64,000 bases of DNA. Origin: Candidatus Fermentibacteraceae bacterium. GTDB lineage: Bacteria; Fermentibacterota; Fermentibacteria; Fermentibacterales; JCC-6. How positions within the stretch are numbered: the first letter of the stretch is position 1; each line of letters starts with the position of its first letter. Under the pieces are notes generated by a model that had not been told where the DNA came from, ran no database searches, and saw nothing but the letters and a program-made list of their open reading frames with translations. The stretch is from positions 47,202 through 111,201 of the forward strand of contig JBGSZS010000011.1 in NCBI GenBank assembly GCA_041750285.1, given 5' to 3'. The position numbers and the translations under genes were made by a program. Shown here in pieces: positions 63,195 through 64,000 of the stretch.

Positions 63195-64000
63195 CCATCT
63201 GCTGATTCGTCTGCACTCCCTGGGGGACGTCGTTCTGGCGGCGCCCACGGCAGCTGCCGCTGCGGCACACGGTTCGGCTGCCTTTCTGACCCGTACTGCC
63301 TTTCTTCCCGTCGTCCGCCGCTTCAGGGGAAGCGTAACCCCCATCGGGTGTGACGGCGGTGCCTTCCATCTGGCGCGGGCAGCCGCGGGACACCGCGGCG
63401 GGATCATCGTGGACCTTCAGAACAACATCCAGACAAGGCTTGCCTTTCCCCGGGCGAAACGGTTTCGTTTCGACAGGGCCCTGAGAAGAAGGATCATCGC
63501 CCTGGGGCGGAACGCGGGCGAAATGCCCTTTCGTCCCGAGGCATTCCTGAAAGCTGCGGGCTTCTCCGGTCATGACCCCGAACCCAGGCTGGAACGGCAT
63601 GCCTGCCCCCCACGACATGGCTTCACCGTTGGGATAGTAACGGGCGGGCGATGGCCCCTCAAGGCACTGCCCGAAGCGGTCGCCGCCGAACTTGCAAGGC
63701 TTTTCTGCGATCTCGAAGGAGCCCGGGTCTTCCTGCTCGGTGACCGTCCGGACCTGCCGGAAGCGGGGAGGATCCTCGAATCCTGCGGAAGCAGGGATGT
63801 TCTGAACGTTTGTGGCGAGGGAGATGTGGAAACCCTTCTTAAAAGGATCGAGGGGCTCGATCTGCTCGTTTCCCCCGACTCGGGGCCCGGGCACCTTGCA
63901 AGGGGCCTCGGCGTGCCCACGCTGGTGGTCTTCACATCGACATCGCCGAGGCTCGGTTTCTGGAAGCGCTCCGCAAAGGACTGCCATGAAGTACCGGGTG
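63169..64000 (+). CDS. glycosyltransferase family 9 (LPS heptosyltransferase-like), 3' end outside window
   Basis: Not in the ORF track because it has no stop within the window. ATG at 63169 gives MNCSSQKTDHLLIRLHSLGDVVLAAP. Later DSGPGHLARGLGVPTLVVF is the GT9 signature. It is open in frame to position 64000. Confidence 0.75.
   Translation, partial: MNCSSQKTDHLLIRLHSLGDVVLAAPTAAAAAAHGSAAFLTRTAFLPVVRRFRGSVTPIGCDGGAFHLARAAAGHRGGIIVDLQNNIQTRLAFPRAKRFRFDRALRRRIIALGRNAGEMPFRPEAFLKAAGFSGHDPEPRLERHACPPRHGFTVGIVTGGRWPLKALPEAVAAELARLFCDLEGARVFLLGDRPDLPEAGRILESCGSRDVLNVCGEGDVETLLKRIEGLDLLVSPDSGPGHLARGLGVPTLVVFTSTSPRLGFWKRSAKDCHEVPG

Noticed and set aside
63085-63987. 300-aa minus-strand ORF at the right edge.
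   Set aside because: The + strand frame encodes clear GT9 heptosyltransferase motifs (LLIRLHSLGDVVLAAP, DSGPGHLARGLGVPTLVVF). The minus ORF is its shadow.

Overview
Analysis was manual only (ORF track plus reading the DNA); no database search or folding software was run. This is a high-GC, densely coding bacterial chromosome segment with about 70 CDS, 3 tRNAs (all with encoded CCA) and no intergenic gap longer than about 230 nt. I found no rRNA, CRISPR array, transposase, integrase or phage genes. Long runs of co-directional genes are joined by 1-4 nt start/stop overlaps.

Gene content, left to right:
- Housekeeping block truB-ribF-rpsO-pnp-dut, then an LptE-like lipoprotein, an M19 dipeptidase, ApbE, an AmmeMemoRadiSam-type radical SAM enzyme and a NusG-domain-II protein.
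- A two-gene cysteine-rich micro-operon, and a divergent aminotransferase / C-N hydrolase pair.
- AI-2E transporter, gingipain-like C25 peptidase and a lipoprotein, then a PPC (DUF296) protein and tRNA-Ala.
- HU, a 31-aa basic peptide, YfcE-like phosphoesterase and tRNA-Arg.
- A subtilase and an operon of a secreted protein, ABC-2 exporter and NlpC/P60.
- GNAT, a cNMP-binding protein, an NHL lipoprotein-peroxiredoxin-HAD run, and a lipid kinase.
- rex plus a trimeric HydCBA [FeFe]-hydrogenase, followed by a sensory hydrogenase-histidine kinase fusion and two receiver proteins.
- ASST-like protein, NYN-CSD protein, amidase, and secG with tRNA-Leu.
- CASTOR/POLLUX-like channel and an adenylate cyclase-STAND-TPR protein.
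- TetR-controlled RND pump with two adaptors, then TPR, MBL hydrolase and MATE genes.
- A second C25 peptidase with a lipoprotein, an ECF sigma / anti-sigma / PDZ operon, and msbA with a GT9 heptosyltransferase cut by the window end.

Four secreted enzymes carry T9SS-type C-terminal sorting domains, which suggests an uncultivated diderm of the FCB type (inference).

Most interesting observations:
1. A conserved short C-terminal tail (TW-x-x-[IV]-K-[SA]-S-[FW]-COOH) shared by three otherwise dissimilar secreted proteins.
2. The catalytic HydA reads TSCSPGW instead of the canonical TSCCPxW H-cluster motif.
3. A hydrogenase-linked phosphorelay with no DNA-binding output domain.
4. A promoter-equipped pair of cysteine-rich small proteins, one cytoplasmic (41 aa) and one secreted.
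5. The secG-linked tRNA-Leu reads anticodon AAG.
6. A radical SAM gene whose conserved N-terminus has no ATG/GTG/TTG start.
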